This document shows, one piece after another, positions 24,101 to 37,192 of a DNA stretch of 64,000 nucleotides (position 1 is the stretch's first letter; every line of letters begins with the position of its first letter). The notes beneath the pieces are model-generated. The model saw only the letters and a program-made list of their open reading frames with translations. It was not told the DNA's origin and searched no databases. The DNA lies in the NCBI RefSeq assembly GCF_000143415.4, contig NW_003314261.1, positions 186,001 to 250,000 of the forward strand, read 5' to 3'. Both the position numbers and the translations under genes were made by a program. The DNA comes from Selaginella moellendorffii. Taxonomy: Eukaryota; Plantae; Lycopodiophyta.

Positions 24101-24166
24101 TTATCCTATGGTAAATCACCATAGGATAAAGGGTAAAAACCACGTGCGCTACATTTGGTATCAAAG
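18142..24166 (+). mobile_element. Plus-strand family A unit: partial 5' LTR (to 18517), PBS 18520-18531, internal region, PPT 23049-23060, LTR 23061-24153, second PBS 24156-24166
   Basis: ...GCTACA TT TGGTATCAAAG and AGGGGGGGAGAG TGTCGCGAA junctions; reverse complement of the 28883-33519 internal region. Confidence 0.85.
23597..23696. other. Assembly gap (100 N) at the poly-G tract of an LTR
   Basis: Run of N. Confidence 1.
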
Positions 24167-27100
24167 CTTCCAACAAATGGAACAACGAGCATAAAACTCA
24201 AAGAACCAAAAGCTTGAAGAAGCCTATAGCTAAGTCTTTGTCTATAATGATCACAAGTCTTACATGAACTAATTTCAATGCTAAAGAAGAAATCATGGTA
24301 CAACCCATAATATCCTCCTCAACACATTCATAAGCTAAACTTCATAATGCGAAAGCTAATGAAAAGAATGTTTGCATCAATCCAAAAGCCAAGCACGATG
24401 AAGTTATGCTTAATAAGTGATCATCTAATCGATCCTCCATGAATCCATCTATAGCAAGATGCAACTCATATCATAACAAGCACAAGAAGAATCATCAATG
24501 ATCGTTATATATTTCAACTTAAATCCAACAATTCTTTTAGCTTTGTTATGGTGTTGATGGCATTGAAGTGATGCCTTGTCATTAATATTGTTGATGTTGA
24601 GATTTGAGTGAAATGAGATGTCTCTCCATAGGATTGATATTAATTTTCATTAGTCTCAATGGAGATAATGTTGGTGATTTGGTTGTAGCTTCGTGTTTTT
24701 GGCATTTGTGCATTTGCTAGTTAGCAATTGTTTTGACGTTCAAATGATCTGAGTTGTGTTCTAGACAAGATTGCTTAGTCGAGGTTGAGTTTAGAGCTTT
24801 TCCTTAAAAGGTAATTTAGTCGTAGACTATGCTAACTCTACAAGTGGAAGAGTTAATGATTGATATTGGAATATTTGAATCCAGCACGAGTGAATCACCA
24901 CCCAAAGCTCTCTAGCAACCAAGCTAACCAAAGTCGAAGATACTTTAATTAGTATCTGAGACTAATCCTTCAACAATACTTAGTTACAGATAACATATCG
25001 TCAAGGAATGATTCACCACATTCAAGACTCAATAAAATCCAACACTACAGACTAAATGCAACCAAATGTTATTGATAAAGGTAAAATTGACATGCCAACA
25101 TGGAAAACCCATACAAGCCATGACATGATCTTTCGCAACACCATCTAGTAAAGCAAGCCTATCACTGCTAAATCATCATCAAATAAAGCAAGTGTCAAAG
25201 TCTACCAGCAACCACTAGTCGCAAAGTAACCAATAATCACTCTTCAACTTGCTTTCACAAGATCTAAACACTAAACTCACGTCATTGAGTCATATACTTG
25301 TCCAACATGAATGTAATACCCCATGTATGAGATAAACGTTCATAGATAAGCATGAACTAAATGACTACTCAAATCCAACTCAATCGCAATAAGCTCACTA
25401 ATGTGTTTAGCCAACAACTCTAAGCATGCCTTGAAGAGGATAGCTATGCATAATCAACACTTAGTCGAAACTAAAGTGAAGACCATAAGATGGACTCATA
25501 TTGGTACACAACCTCCTCATAAACAAAGCTATAGTATGCGTACTAACATCTCAACCTCAAACAACTAAGTTGGACATTACCATCCTCAACCAAGGCGTAA
25601 GGCCACCAAGACCAAGTCAAGATCAATGAGAGCTCACTACTCTCATAGAGTTTTAACAAAATGCAAGGTGCAACTTACCATCAAGCAAAATGCTATAAAA
25701 GAAAGGCACAAGGGTCACCTTTCTTAGAAAAGTGCAATAGCCACTGTTTTACACCAACTCCAGACTCTATCAACCTCAATTGCTTTAGCCCCAAAAGTCA
25801 GCACCCTTTTCGGGTTGCATCATACAAACTACTTACTAAGGTCTAAGCTAACCGAAGCCAACTCCAACCCCTTCACTAGTTTGTAATGGTTTACGAAAAT
25901 GGAATGGTTTTCGAGCAAAGTGATCAATAGATCAACCATTGGAAAATTCTAAGAAAATTTGTGGAAAATTTTCCATCCTAGAGAAAAAATGACTCTTAGT
26001 CTAGGAATACAAACTTTCAAAACTCAACCAAGTTTCTCCTACCTACAACTTCACCTAGGTTCACTTCAACACAAATTCTCATGACCCAATAGTATGCTTA
26101 AACATCGAACATCTTTACCTATATCTTCAACATCCAACATTGACATCCGCAAAATGCAAAGTGAACATCTAAGGTTTGATCACGAAGACCACATCTCCAG
26201 ATATCCACATTGCACTAACACTCTTCTTCAACCACCTTCAAGATCTAATGTGAAGCTAAAGCACTAACAAGAAAAATGACATGGAAAATCAAGGTCCAAG
26301 GAAAATTCCTCATCACTCGAAATAACAATGCCACTTCTACTAACACAAGTGCTAGCAATGTCAATGCCTCAACTACACGCCTTTTCCATTCAACAATCTA
26401 TTCCAAGTGTTAACGGATCAACCGACAAGCTATAGCAAATGAATGTTACAACCCTTTTCTAACACCTCAATGAGCAAACTCCCAGGAAATAAGGAACCAA
26501 CTTAAGCTTAGCATAATGGACCACCATCGAGAATGTAGTCAAAGCTACTTCGTGCAAGTAGACTAGCTTCACTATCAACCACTTTGGGGTTGATCATCAT
26601 TTTACCAAGCAACTTCGTACACACATTGCTCATTATCACATGGATATGATATAAAAAATCACAATGACTAGATCATTAATTGAACAACATCATGAGCAAT
26701 GCACATGTCACTACTACAAAGGTTTATGTGAGTATTAAGTGCTAACTCAATTGGACAAAATGCAACATAAATGCCACACTCTACTGATAGAGACTTACAA
26801 CACCCAACACCACTAACTTTTGTTCATAACACGGACAAGCTTGTGCTACTCTTTTTTTGACTAATCTCAAAACTAATCCAACACTAAGCTACATAACGAG
26901 CAATAGCAAGGTTTCCCGGAAAAGAATTGAGCATTGTAACCCAGTCTCCAATAGCGAGCCTAGACAAAATGGTTTAGCATTTCACCATTATCCATCCCAT
27001 AACTCACCACTTGTAAGATCATCATTTCCAACATGCATCAAAGTAGGGACTCTTAATTGCATATTGTGAACACAAACAATGAATCACACTTTGTTGCAAA

Positions 27101-30100
27101 TTATCCCTTCAAGAAGAGAATGATTTACGTGTTTGATCCTTCGTCCCTGAGAACTTTCTTTTCGCTCTCATCTTTGACTAAACCTCAAGCTTGCGTTTGC
27201 ACTGTCTTCAATCTAATCCAAGAAAAGTTTATGAAAGAGCACAACGATGACTACTTCAACCAATAGACTAATCCTTACAATCTTGATTGACCCACTCATA
27301 ATCATGCTTAGGAAGGATCAACTAGTGCCGTGCTAAACAGCTACAGACCAACCTATTGGCCACTCATAGCAAACCCAGGGAAGGTTTACTTTTTGTTAAC
27401 CCATGGTACATAAAACAACTCATGGGACCACCGATAGGCTAACATTAATCTTGCCAACTCAAAGTGTAACCTTGAGTTGCTAATGTGCCTCACTCATGAC
27501 CCAAGCTCAAACTCGTGCAAATAGAACATCTCCAAACTATCCTATGAGCCCAAGCGCAAGCTCACATCATAAGGTACAACGAGGTATCCATACCCAAGGA
27601 ACATTTGCGAAGGCTTTGCACCCAAACATGTACCCACTCAGATCATCATTTTCATCTCTGCATATGCAATGAGACTAGTTGCCCAATCTTATTTGATAGC
27701 ACTTGCTGAGACTCATCCTTTGATACCAAATGTAGCGCACGTGGTTTTTACCCTTTATCCTATGGTGATTTACTATAGGATAACACCACAAAGCGGAACT
27801 TAAACCCTCTTTGTGCCACGTGACAGATGCCACATGTCACATGCCACATGTCCAAAAGACAATGGTGCGGAAGCCAAGGTTTAGAGCCTTGGGCCACTGA
27901 ACGAAAGAATGGTGCCAAACTCCCAAGCTTGGAGCCAAGGAGTGACGGAACCGAACCATGGAGCAACTCCTGAGCATACAGCCTAAGGAGCGAAGGGACA
28001 AGAGCCCGGAGCGACTTGGAATAGTCCTAGAGTAACTAGCATCCCAATGCCAGGACCAGCATGCAAAACGGGGCCAAATGGATTCTGGCACTATTTCGGC
28101 ATACCGGTGGCTTAACGTGAAGATATGGGTACTCCACTAGCTAGCATGGAATAGAACTTAGGCTTAGACCCAAGCCGGACGCAAAACAAGGACAAGCACG
28201 CAAGCGGGAGCTAGACTATGCCTCAGGTTGGTCAGCCAAGCCCGACCTACCCACTATCCCTACTATACATTTGGAACCCCCCACAGCCCCCCCACCCCCT
28301 TGAGGAACACATGCTTTGGGCTTTCACCCCAAGCCCAAGCCTCCCTTAATATCAGGAGTTAGTCTCAGGGACAAGCTCGAAACTTACTAAATATGGAATG
28401 GTGTTAGAATGCAAATTTGGACACGGGATGAACACCATTGTGTTCAAGCCAATCTCTACATTCCGTAGATATGCCAAATGAGCAAATCTAGACACTTTCC
28501 ATAAATAGCATTTAGGACCGAAATGAGACTAACACAAAGGGCATAATAGCGAAGGTGTTTGGCAAACACGATAAGCTATCATCCAGCAATATTGAGGGAC
28601 TAATCTTAATACGCGAGGGTTTTTGTCAAGCCAGTGCAAGACAGAGCAAAAGAGAACTAAAAGCCAAGCCGAGTATGCTCAGCTAGAAACACATAGGAGT
28701 TCCTACCTTATGTCCATCTGGCTAAGTACAGGTGCTAAGCCCCGTAAACTAACACTTGAACAAAAGGGGCTGATAAAGAGAACCAGCAATACCGACCTCT
28801 TTCCGTTGTGGCAATAAGGAAAGAGTGTCCGTAAGGACCGGTCGACAAGTAACTTTCGATACCCAAAGTCACATTTGCGACACTCTCCCCCCCTAGGGAA
28901 GATCGACGTCCTTGTCAATGCATACTCCGGTCTAGAATACCGCCAAGGAAACAACTCCAGAAAAAGTTCACGATACTCACACCATGTGAGAAATGCACCA
29001 ATGTAAATGAGTTAGGAAGCAACCTTTATATTTGACGCGGATGCGCTACCAGCTCAGACACCTTCTGGCCGTCGCCAACAAGGAAATGACCAATAGATTA
29101 GCCACCCTTGCTGCTTTGGGAGTCACCTAGCTTACAAAAGTGTGATACGCCCCTGCCCACAAGGACATAGAGAGAGAAGCCAAAGGCCCGAACCCTCATA
29201 AGCAAAAAAACCAAACCCGTCGGTAAGGTTTAGATAGACTACTGTAAATAGGTAGTTAGAGTTGTTTACACGGTCATGCCCTTTTTACAGAACAAGGAAC
29301 ATCAACAGAGAGGCAGGTTATGTGACCAGTCGACAGTAGCTACCCCATGACTAGAGATTTCAACATGCACAAGAAGTGCCGAAGCCAGTTTGCAAATTAC
29401 TGGCCCAAACTCAAAGATCAATAAATGGACAATATCAAAGTCATAGACAATGATATCTTAGAGACTTAATTATCAGTGAATAAAGCTTAGATTAGAACAC
29501 AAAAGTATTCCAAGTAAGTTATCATCCGATAAACCAATATTATAGGATAAGAACCACCAAGATCACTAGCATTGGAAAACATAAGATTCACCATCCAACA
29601 AAATTCAATAGCAAGTATATCATCAAGGAAACTCAATAATAAAGCTTAACTACCAAAGATTGTAAATAGCATAGCAAACAACTCACAAAAGACAACTTAA
29701 AGAACACAAAGTATCATTAACCGATAAGCACAATGCTCGAAGGAAATAACATCCCAATCTATTAAAACTAGCTATGGTAACAATCAACGGAATAGAATGA
29801 ATGCGGTAAAACCAACAAACACTCCGTCATGCCAATTATTGCAATAGCCAATCTGAATAGATCCCGGTCAACAATACCAAGGAACTCAAGTTGCTTAAGC
29901 AAGTGTCAGCAACGTCTTACTGATGTCTTAAACCCAAAAGACCAATCCAGAGCAAACCACAAAAAACATGTGGTATTGTGAAAAGCCATAAACTATCAAA
30001 GAGAACAACTAACCATCATGAAAAATCATCAATCATCCTATCAAAAAGAGATATGTAGAATCATTATCTAAGAAGGAATCCACCATCCCGAAGAATAACA

Positions 30101-33100
30101 AATCATTCTAGATCAACGATAATCAAGCAAAACCTGTTGACAAGGATAATCAATTATCTTAGATGATAGTCAATTATCACCAATGATTGCTAGATGCAAA
30201 GGCCAACTTCAACATTGAAGCTAATGAGTCAAAATGCTTTCCCCAACAACTTCAAACAAATGGAACAATGAACATAAAAACTCAAGGAGCTGAAAGTTCG
30301 AAGAAGTCTATAGCCAAGTGTTGTTTAACAATGATCACGAGTCTCACATGAACTAACTTCAATGTTAAAGAAGAAATCATGGTACAACACACAATATCTT
30401 CCTCAACACATCCATAAGCTATACTTCATAATATAAAGCTAATTGAGAGCATGTCTGCATCAATCCAAAAGCTAAACACAATGAAGCTATGCTCCACAAG
30501 TGATCACTAAACGATCCTCCATGAATCCATCTTTAGCAAAACGTAACTCACTTCGTAACAAGCACAAAAAAAATCATCAATGATCAATATATTCCAACTC
30601 AAATCCTACAAGGATTCAAACATTTCAATATCGATCACTAACTCCTTCTCTTGTAAGGCTAGCATAGTCCACGACTAAATCACCATTCAAGGAAAAGCTC
30701 AAAACTCAACCTCGGCTAAGCAATCTCATCTAGAACACAACTAACTCAACTTGCCACTCAGTTCATTTGAACGTCAATACAGTTGCTAACTAGCAAATGC
30801 ACGAATGCCAACAACATAAAGCTAAAGCCAAATCATCAACACTATCTTTATCAATGAAACTCAATATCAATCATCAGAGAGACATTTCATTTCACTCAAA
30901 TCTCAACATCAATAATATCAACAATAAGGCATCACTTCAATGCCATCAACACCAAAACAAAACTAAAAGAAAGCAAGAGTGAATCACCACTCAAAGCTCT
31001 CCAACAACCAAGCTAACCAAAGTCAAAGATACTATGCTTAGTATCCGAGACCAATCCTTCAGCAAAACTCAGTTACAAATAACACATTATCAAGGAGTGA
31101 TTCACCATGTCCAAGACTCAATGAAATCCAACACTATGGACTAGATATAACCAAATGATATCGATAGAGGTAGAGTCGACATGTTAACATGAAAAGCTCA
31201 TGTAAGTCTAACGACACGATCCTCTACAACACCAAGCAAGCCCATCACTGCTAAATCATCCTCAAGCAAAGCAAGTGTCAACAGTCCTCGACTAAGTCTA
31301 CAAGTAATCACTAATCACAAAGCAACTAACAATCACTCCTCAATTTGCCTTCACGAGACCCAAACACCAACTCTTGTCATCAAGTTATATACTTGTCCAA
31401 CATGAACGTGATACCCCAGGTACGAGATAAAAGTTCATAGACAAGCACAAACTAAATGACCACTCGAATCCAACTCAACCGCGATAAGCTCACCAAAACA
31501 TTTAGCCACTAACTCTGAGCATGTTTTGAAGAGGCTAGCTATGCATGATCAACACTCAGTCGAAACGAAAGTGAAGATCATGAGATGGACTCATGTCGAT
31601 ACACAACCTCCACTTAGACAAAGCTATAGTATGGGTACCAACATCTCGAACTCAAACAACTAAGTTGGACATCACTATCCTCAGCCAAAGCGTAGGGCCA
31701 CCAAGACCAAGTCAAGATCAGTGAGAGCTCATTACTCTCATAGAGTCTAAGCGAAATGCAAGGTGCAACCTGTCACCGAGCATAATGCTACAAAAGAGAG
31801 GCACAAGAGTCACCCTTCTTAGAAAAGTGCAACGGCCACTTTTCTACACCAACTCCAGACTCTATCCAACTCAATTGCCTTAGCCCCAAAAGTCAGCATC
31901 CCTTCCGAGCTGCATCATACAAACTATTTACTAAGGTCTAAGCCAACCAAAGTCAACTCCAACCCTTTCACTAGTTTGTATTGGCTTACGAAAACATAAT
32001 GGTTTTCGAGCAAAGTGACTGACAGATTAGCCATTGGAAAAGCCTAAGAAAATTTATGGAAAAATTTCCATCTTAGGAAAATTCCTCATCACTTGAAATA
32101 ACAATGCCACTTCCACTAACACAAGTGTTAGTGATGTCAATGCCCCAACTACACACCTTCTCCATCCAACAATCTACTCCAAATGCTAATAAATTAACTG
32201 ACAAGTCATAGCAAATGAATATTATAACCCTTTTCCAACATCCAATGGGCAAACTCAAGGAAACAAGGTACCCACATAAGTTTAGCATAATGGACCATCT
32301 TCGAGAATCCAATCAAAGCTACTACAATGTTACTTCGTGCAAATAAACTAGCTTCACCATCAACCACTTTGGGGTTGATCATCATTTAACCAAGCAATTT
32401 CGTAAACACATTACTCATTATTACATGGATATGATATAAGCATCACAATGACTTGATCATCAATTGAGCAACACCATAAGCAATGCCTATATCATTACTT
32501 CAAAAGTTTATGTGAGTATCAAGTGTCAACTTGATTCGACAAAATGCAACATAAATGCCACTCCACCAATAGAGATTTACAACACCGAATACCACTAACT
32601 TTTGTTCACAACACAATCAAGCTTATGCCACTCTCTTTCTGACTAAACTCAAAACTAATCCAACACCAAGCTACTCAAGGAGCAATAGCAAGGTTCTCTG
32701 GAAAAGAATTGAGCATTGCAACCCAAGTCTTCCAATAGTGAGCCTAGACAAAATGGTTTAGCGTTTCACCGCTATCCATTCCACAACTCATTATTTGTAA
32801 GACCACCATAACCAACATGCATCAAGGTAGGGACTCTTGATTGCATAATGTGAACACGAGCAATGAGTCACATCTTGTTGCAAATCATCTCTCCAAGAAG
32901 AGAAGATGATTTACGTATTTAATCCTTCGTCCCTGACAACTCTCTTTTCAGTCTCATCTTTGACTAAACCTCAAGCTTGCTTTTGCACTACCTTCAGTCC
33001 AATCCAAGAAAAGTTTATGAGAGAGCACAGCAATGATTATTTGAACCAATAGACTAATCCCTACAATTTTGATTGATCCACTTATAATCATGTTTAGGAA

Positions 33101-34669
33101 GGATCCACTAGTGCCGTGCTAAATAGCTACAGACTAACCTATTTACCACTCATAGCAAACCCAGGGAAGGTTTACTTTCACCCATGGTACATGGAACAAC
33201 TCATAGAACCATTGATAGGCTAACATTAATCCTGCCAACTCAAAGTGTAACCTCGAGTTGCTAATGTGCCTCACTCATGAGCCCAAGCAAAAACTTGTGC
33301 AAACAAAACACCTCAATCCATCTTATGAGCCCAAGAGCAAGCTCACATTATCATAGTACAAAAAGGTAACAAAAAACAATACCCAAGGAACAACTGTGAA
33401 GCCTTTGCACCAAAACATGCACCCACTCGGATCATCGTTTTTATCTCTGCGTATGCAACGAGACTAGTTGCCCAATCTCATTGGATAGTACTCGCCGAGA
33501 CTCATCCTCTGATACCAAATGTAGCGCACGTGGTTTTTACCCTTTATCCTATGGTGATTTACCATAGGATAACACCACGAAGCGGAACCTAAACCCTCAA
33601 ACCTAAACGTGACAGATGCCACATGTCATATGCCACATGTCCAAAGGACAGTGGTGTAGAAGCAAAGGTTTAAAGCCTTGGGCCACTGAACAAAGGAATG
33701 GTGCCAAACTCCCAAGCTTGAAGCCAAGGAGTGACGGAACCGAACCATGGAGCAACTCCCAAGCATACAGCCCAAAGAGCGAAGGGACAAAAGCCCGGAG
33801 CGACTTGGAATAGTCCTAGAGTAACCAGCATCCTAATGCCAGGACTAGTACGCAAAACTGAGCCAAACGGAGTCTGGCACTATTTCAGCATACCGGTGGC
33901 CTAATATGAGGATATGGGTACTCCACTAGCTAGCATGGAATGGAACTTGGGCTTAGACCCAAGCTGGAGGCAGAACAAGGATAGGCACTCAAGCGGGAGC
34001 TAGACTATGCCTTAGGTTGGTTGACCATGCCCCGACCTACCCACTATCCCTACTATACATTTGGAACCCCCCACAGCCCCCCCCCCCCCCCCCTTAAGAA
34101 CACACATTTTGGGCTTTCACCCCAAGCCTCCCTTAGTATCAGGAGTTAGTCTCTGGGACAAGCTCAAAACTTACTAAATATGGAATGGTGCTAGAATGCA
34201 AATTTGGACACGGGACGAACACCATTGTGTTCAAGCCAATCTCTACATTCCGTAGATATGCCAAATGAGCAAATCTAGACACTTTCCATAAATAGCATTT
34301 AGGACCGAAATGATACTAACATAAAGGGCATGATAGCGAGGGTGTTTGGCAAACACGGTAAGCTATCATCTAGTGATATTGAGGGACTAATCTCAATACA
34401 CAAGGGTTCTTGTCAAGCCAGTGCAAGACAGAGCAAAAGAGAACTAAGAGCCAGGCTGAGTATGCTCAGCTAGAAACATATAGGAGTTCCTACCTTATAT
34501 CCATCTGGCTAAGTACAGGTGCTAAGCCCAGTAAACTAACACTTGAACAAGAGGGGCTGATAAAGGGAACTAGCAATACCGACCTTCTGTTGTCGTGGTA
34601 ATAAAGAAAGAATGTCCGTAAGGACCGGTTGATAGGTTACTTTCGATACCCGAAGTCACATTCGCAACA
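24167..34669 (-). mobile_element. Minus-strand tandem family A: partial internal (24167-27730), LTR 27731-28882, PPT, internal 28883-33519, PBS 33506-33517, LTR 33520-34669
   Basis: The middle LTR has a PBS on one side and a PPT on the other (shared LTR). LTRs are 1152 and 1150 bp. Confidence 0.9.
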
Positions 34670-36403
34670 CTGCCACCCATGCTTAGACTGGGAGTATTGA
34701 CTATTCAATTTCTCGGGAGAACTAGAGTTTGCTCTTGAACAATTCACTAAACTACCCTGCTTGTCAATTCATATTCACTCTAGCCTTGGACTTCCTAGTG
34801 GTTATCCCATCACCCAACACTTGGGTATAACCTTCCTAGGCCAAACTGGCCTTTCCTTGCCAAACTAGCTCCACTAAGGTCTAACCCCCACACTTTTTGG
34901 AATCCTCTATAGCCGCTCCCCCCCCCCCCCCCCCCCCCCTATTTGGGGGACGATCACTTTGGGCTTTCACCTAACAACCTGTATTAGTGTTCGGACTCAA
35001 ACTTGGACTCAGACTTGGTCTCAATCTTGGACTCGGACTTGGACTTGGTCTCAGTCTTGGTCCTCGGTCTCAATCTCGATCCTCCATCTCGGTCTTGGTC
35101 TTGGTCTCGGACTCCATCTTAGACTCCATCTCGAGTCCATCTTTGACTCCATCTCGGACTCCATCTCAGGTCCATCTTGGATTCCATCTCGGGTCCATCT
35201 TGGACTCTATCTCGGTCCATCTCGGACTCCATCTGGGGTTCAGCTTGGACTCCATCTTGGACTCCATCTCGGGTCTATCTCGAACTCTATCTTGGGTCCA
35301 TTTTGGACTCTATCTCGGACTCCATCTCAAGTCCTCTTGTGTCCCTTTTCTAGAGACTCACTTACGGCTTGTTTCGTGCTTGTTTTTTAGCACTTCATTG
35401 GGAGTTCCACTCCCGCTCTCGACCTTTCGAGTCAAAGCTTTTAGTCCTTATATGTTACCCTCATTTGGCTTCCGCCTCAACTATTACCACATAGCACCTT
35501 TTTGGCTCCTCTTTGGGGCCTAGGGAATTTATGTCTCACATGTATCTACCCCACTATGTTCTCTTGTGCACTAATGTGTGGCTTTCATGTACCTTCCTAA
35601 GCTCTATATACTTTATTATTAATGCTTGATATAAGTTTTGTTCCATCCTAAATGGTGTATTCTCCTTCTATCCACACATCTATCCTTTTTGTTTATCTTT
35701 GTTGTTTCATCTCTTTTTGCAATTACTTCTTTTGGCATTTGATCTCTCTTTAGTTGTGAATTTCTAGAGTTGCAGGTTATGGGTTCTCTTTGTGCCAAGG
35801 ATCCACCCATAGTCGCCTATTGTAGAGCATCTTGGACCACAGAGAATCTCTAAATATTCCTTCTAGGGGATATTTTAAGCATGAAAGAGGATATTCCACA
35901 TAGGGGTATATATTGTAAGTTAGGGCATAAGTGCTATGGAGGAGTTTCTTGCTATGTTTTGAGCAAGTTTGTGAGCAAGAGGTGTGCTAACTGCACACCA
36001 GTTTTGCTTTACCAGATCAGCTTCTCAAGTCATATATTAGGAGTTTTATATGGGATGGTGAATGCTGATGATAAATGATAAATGACCACAACCTTTATTC
36101 TAGTGTAGCATGCAATACTATGGAGGGCAGCTAAAGAAACACTTTGCATTTTGAACTTGATCCCCAGTCTGGTACATCATGAGAAGAATAAGCACTTTCT
36201 CAAGAAGATCTCAGCACTTCTGCTACTGATAGGCATTGTGATTGTGGTGGCAATGCTCATGGTAGTGCAAGGACCACAAATCTGAGGAGGGGCAATTCAT
36301 CATATTCCTCTTTAGATCTTATTCCTTGATCACACAGTAGAGTTGTTAGGCACCAAGTCAAGATAATAGGATAAAGAAAGGGCTTTACAATCAAGTGATC
36401 ACG

Positions 36404-37192
36404 TGTAGCGCACCTTATCTCTCTCCCCTTAATCCAACTGGAAAAGGGGCAATTGCTTGATAAGAGAGCCCTTAGTGACTATTTTATCCCCATTTATCTC
36501 CCAAGGTTCCAAGGATCCACGGTGACAGTATATCCAATTCTCATCCCATGATCACATGCTCTACACTCACCCCCCCTTCAGAAATGTCAATGTCCTCATT
36601 GACTATTGACTAACAACCCCTACTGAGCCAAGGGGAACCAGCACCTCCATTTCCACACTCAATCTACCAATCCTTCCATTGTGTAAACCAGCTATTCCAT
36701 GTGAGGCAACTAGTCATCCACCCGTACCGCAGTCCCACGTACGCATGGATGCCCAATACGTATGATTTCAAATTTAGGGGTAGAAATATACCTTGCTCAA
36801 GGGTATATTATACTTTTAACTAAGCCACTAATCAATGGGAATCGAACCCGTGCCACGGTGAATACCTTCGTCCGTGGATACTCCACACAAGAGGAAGGAC
36901 ATACGCATGGATGCCTAATACGTATGATTTCAAATTTAGGGGTAGGAATATACCTTGCTCAAGGGTATATTATACTTTTAACTAGCCACTAATCAATGGG
37001 AATCGAACCCGTGCCATTTGCTCCGATACCAACTGTAGCGCACCTTATCTCTCTCCCCTTAAGCCAACTGGAAAAGGGGCAATTGCTTGATGAGAGAGCC
37101 CTTAGTGGCTATTTTATCCCCATTTATCTCCCAAGGTTCCAAGGATCCACGATGACAGTATATCTAAATCTCATCCCATGATCACTGCTACA
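36404..37192 (-). mobile_element. TRIM (~160 bp LTRs 36404-36565 and 37034-37192; PBS 37020-37031; PPT ~36566-36580)
   Basis: Direct repeats TGTAGCGCACC...(C)TACA. Minus-strand PBS TGGTATCGGAGC and PPT GAAGGGGGGGTGAG. Flanks TCACG/TTATG (TSD with two C>T changes). Confidence 0.88.

Larger units (their letters stand above)
15706..34671. mobile_element. Composite/concatemeric insertion of non-autonomous LTR family A (LARD-like; ~1.15 kb LTRs, ~4.6 kb non-coding internal region)
   Basis: Seven complete or partial LTR copies, four iMet-type PBS (TGGTATCA(A/G)AG) and two PPTs (AGGGGGGGAGAG). Flanked by GTCAC/GCCAC inside solo LTR B. Confidence 0.85.
14988..35540 (-). mobile_element. Solo LTR of family B split in two (14988-15705 and 34672-35540) by the family A composite insertion
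   Basis: The two halves join to the reverse complement of 2652-4275. Ends are TGTAAG.../...GTCTCACA; flanks TATAT/TGTAT form a 5-bp TSD with 1 mismatch. Confidence 0.85.

Noticed and set aside
33520-34669. Hammerhead ribozyme / retrozyme in the LTRs
   Set aside because: A GAAA hairpin is present, but no CUGANGA core with compatible stems was found by eye; a covariance-model search would be needed to exclude it fully.
36837-37010. tRNA genes (also 1120-1160)
   Set aside because: Only T-loop motifs; no cloverleaf could be built.
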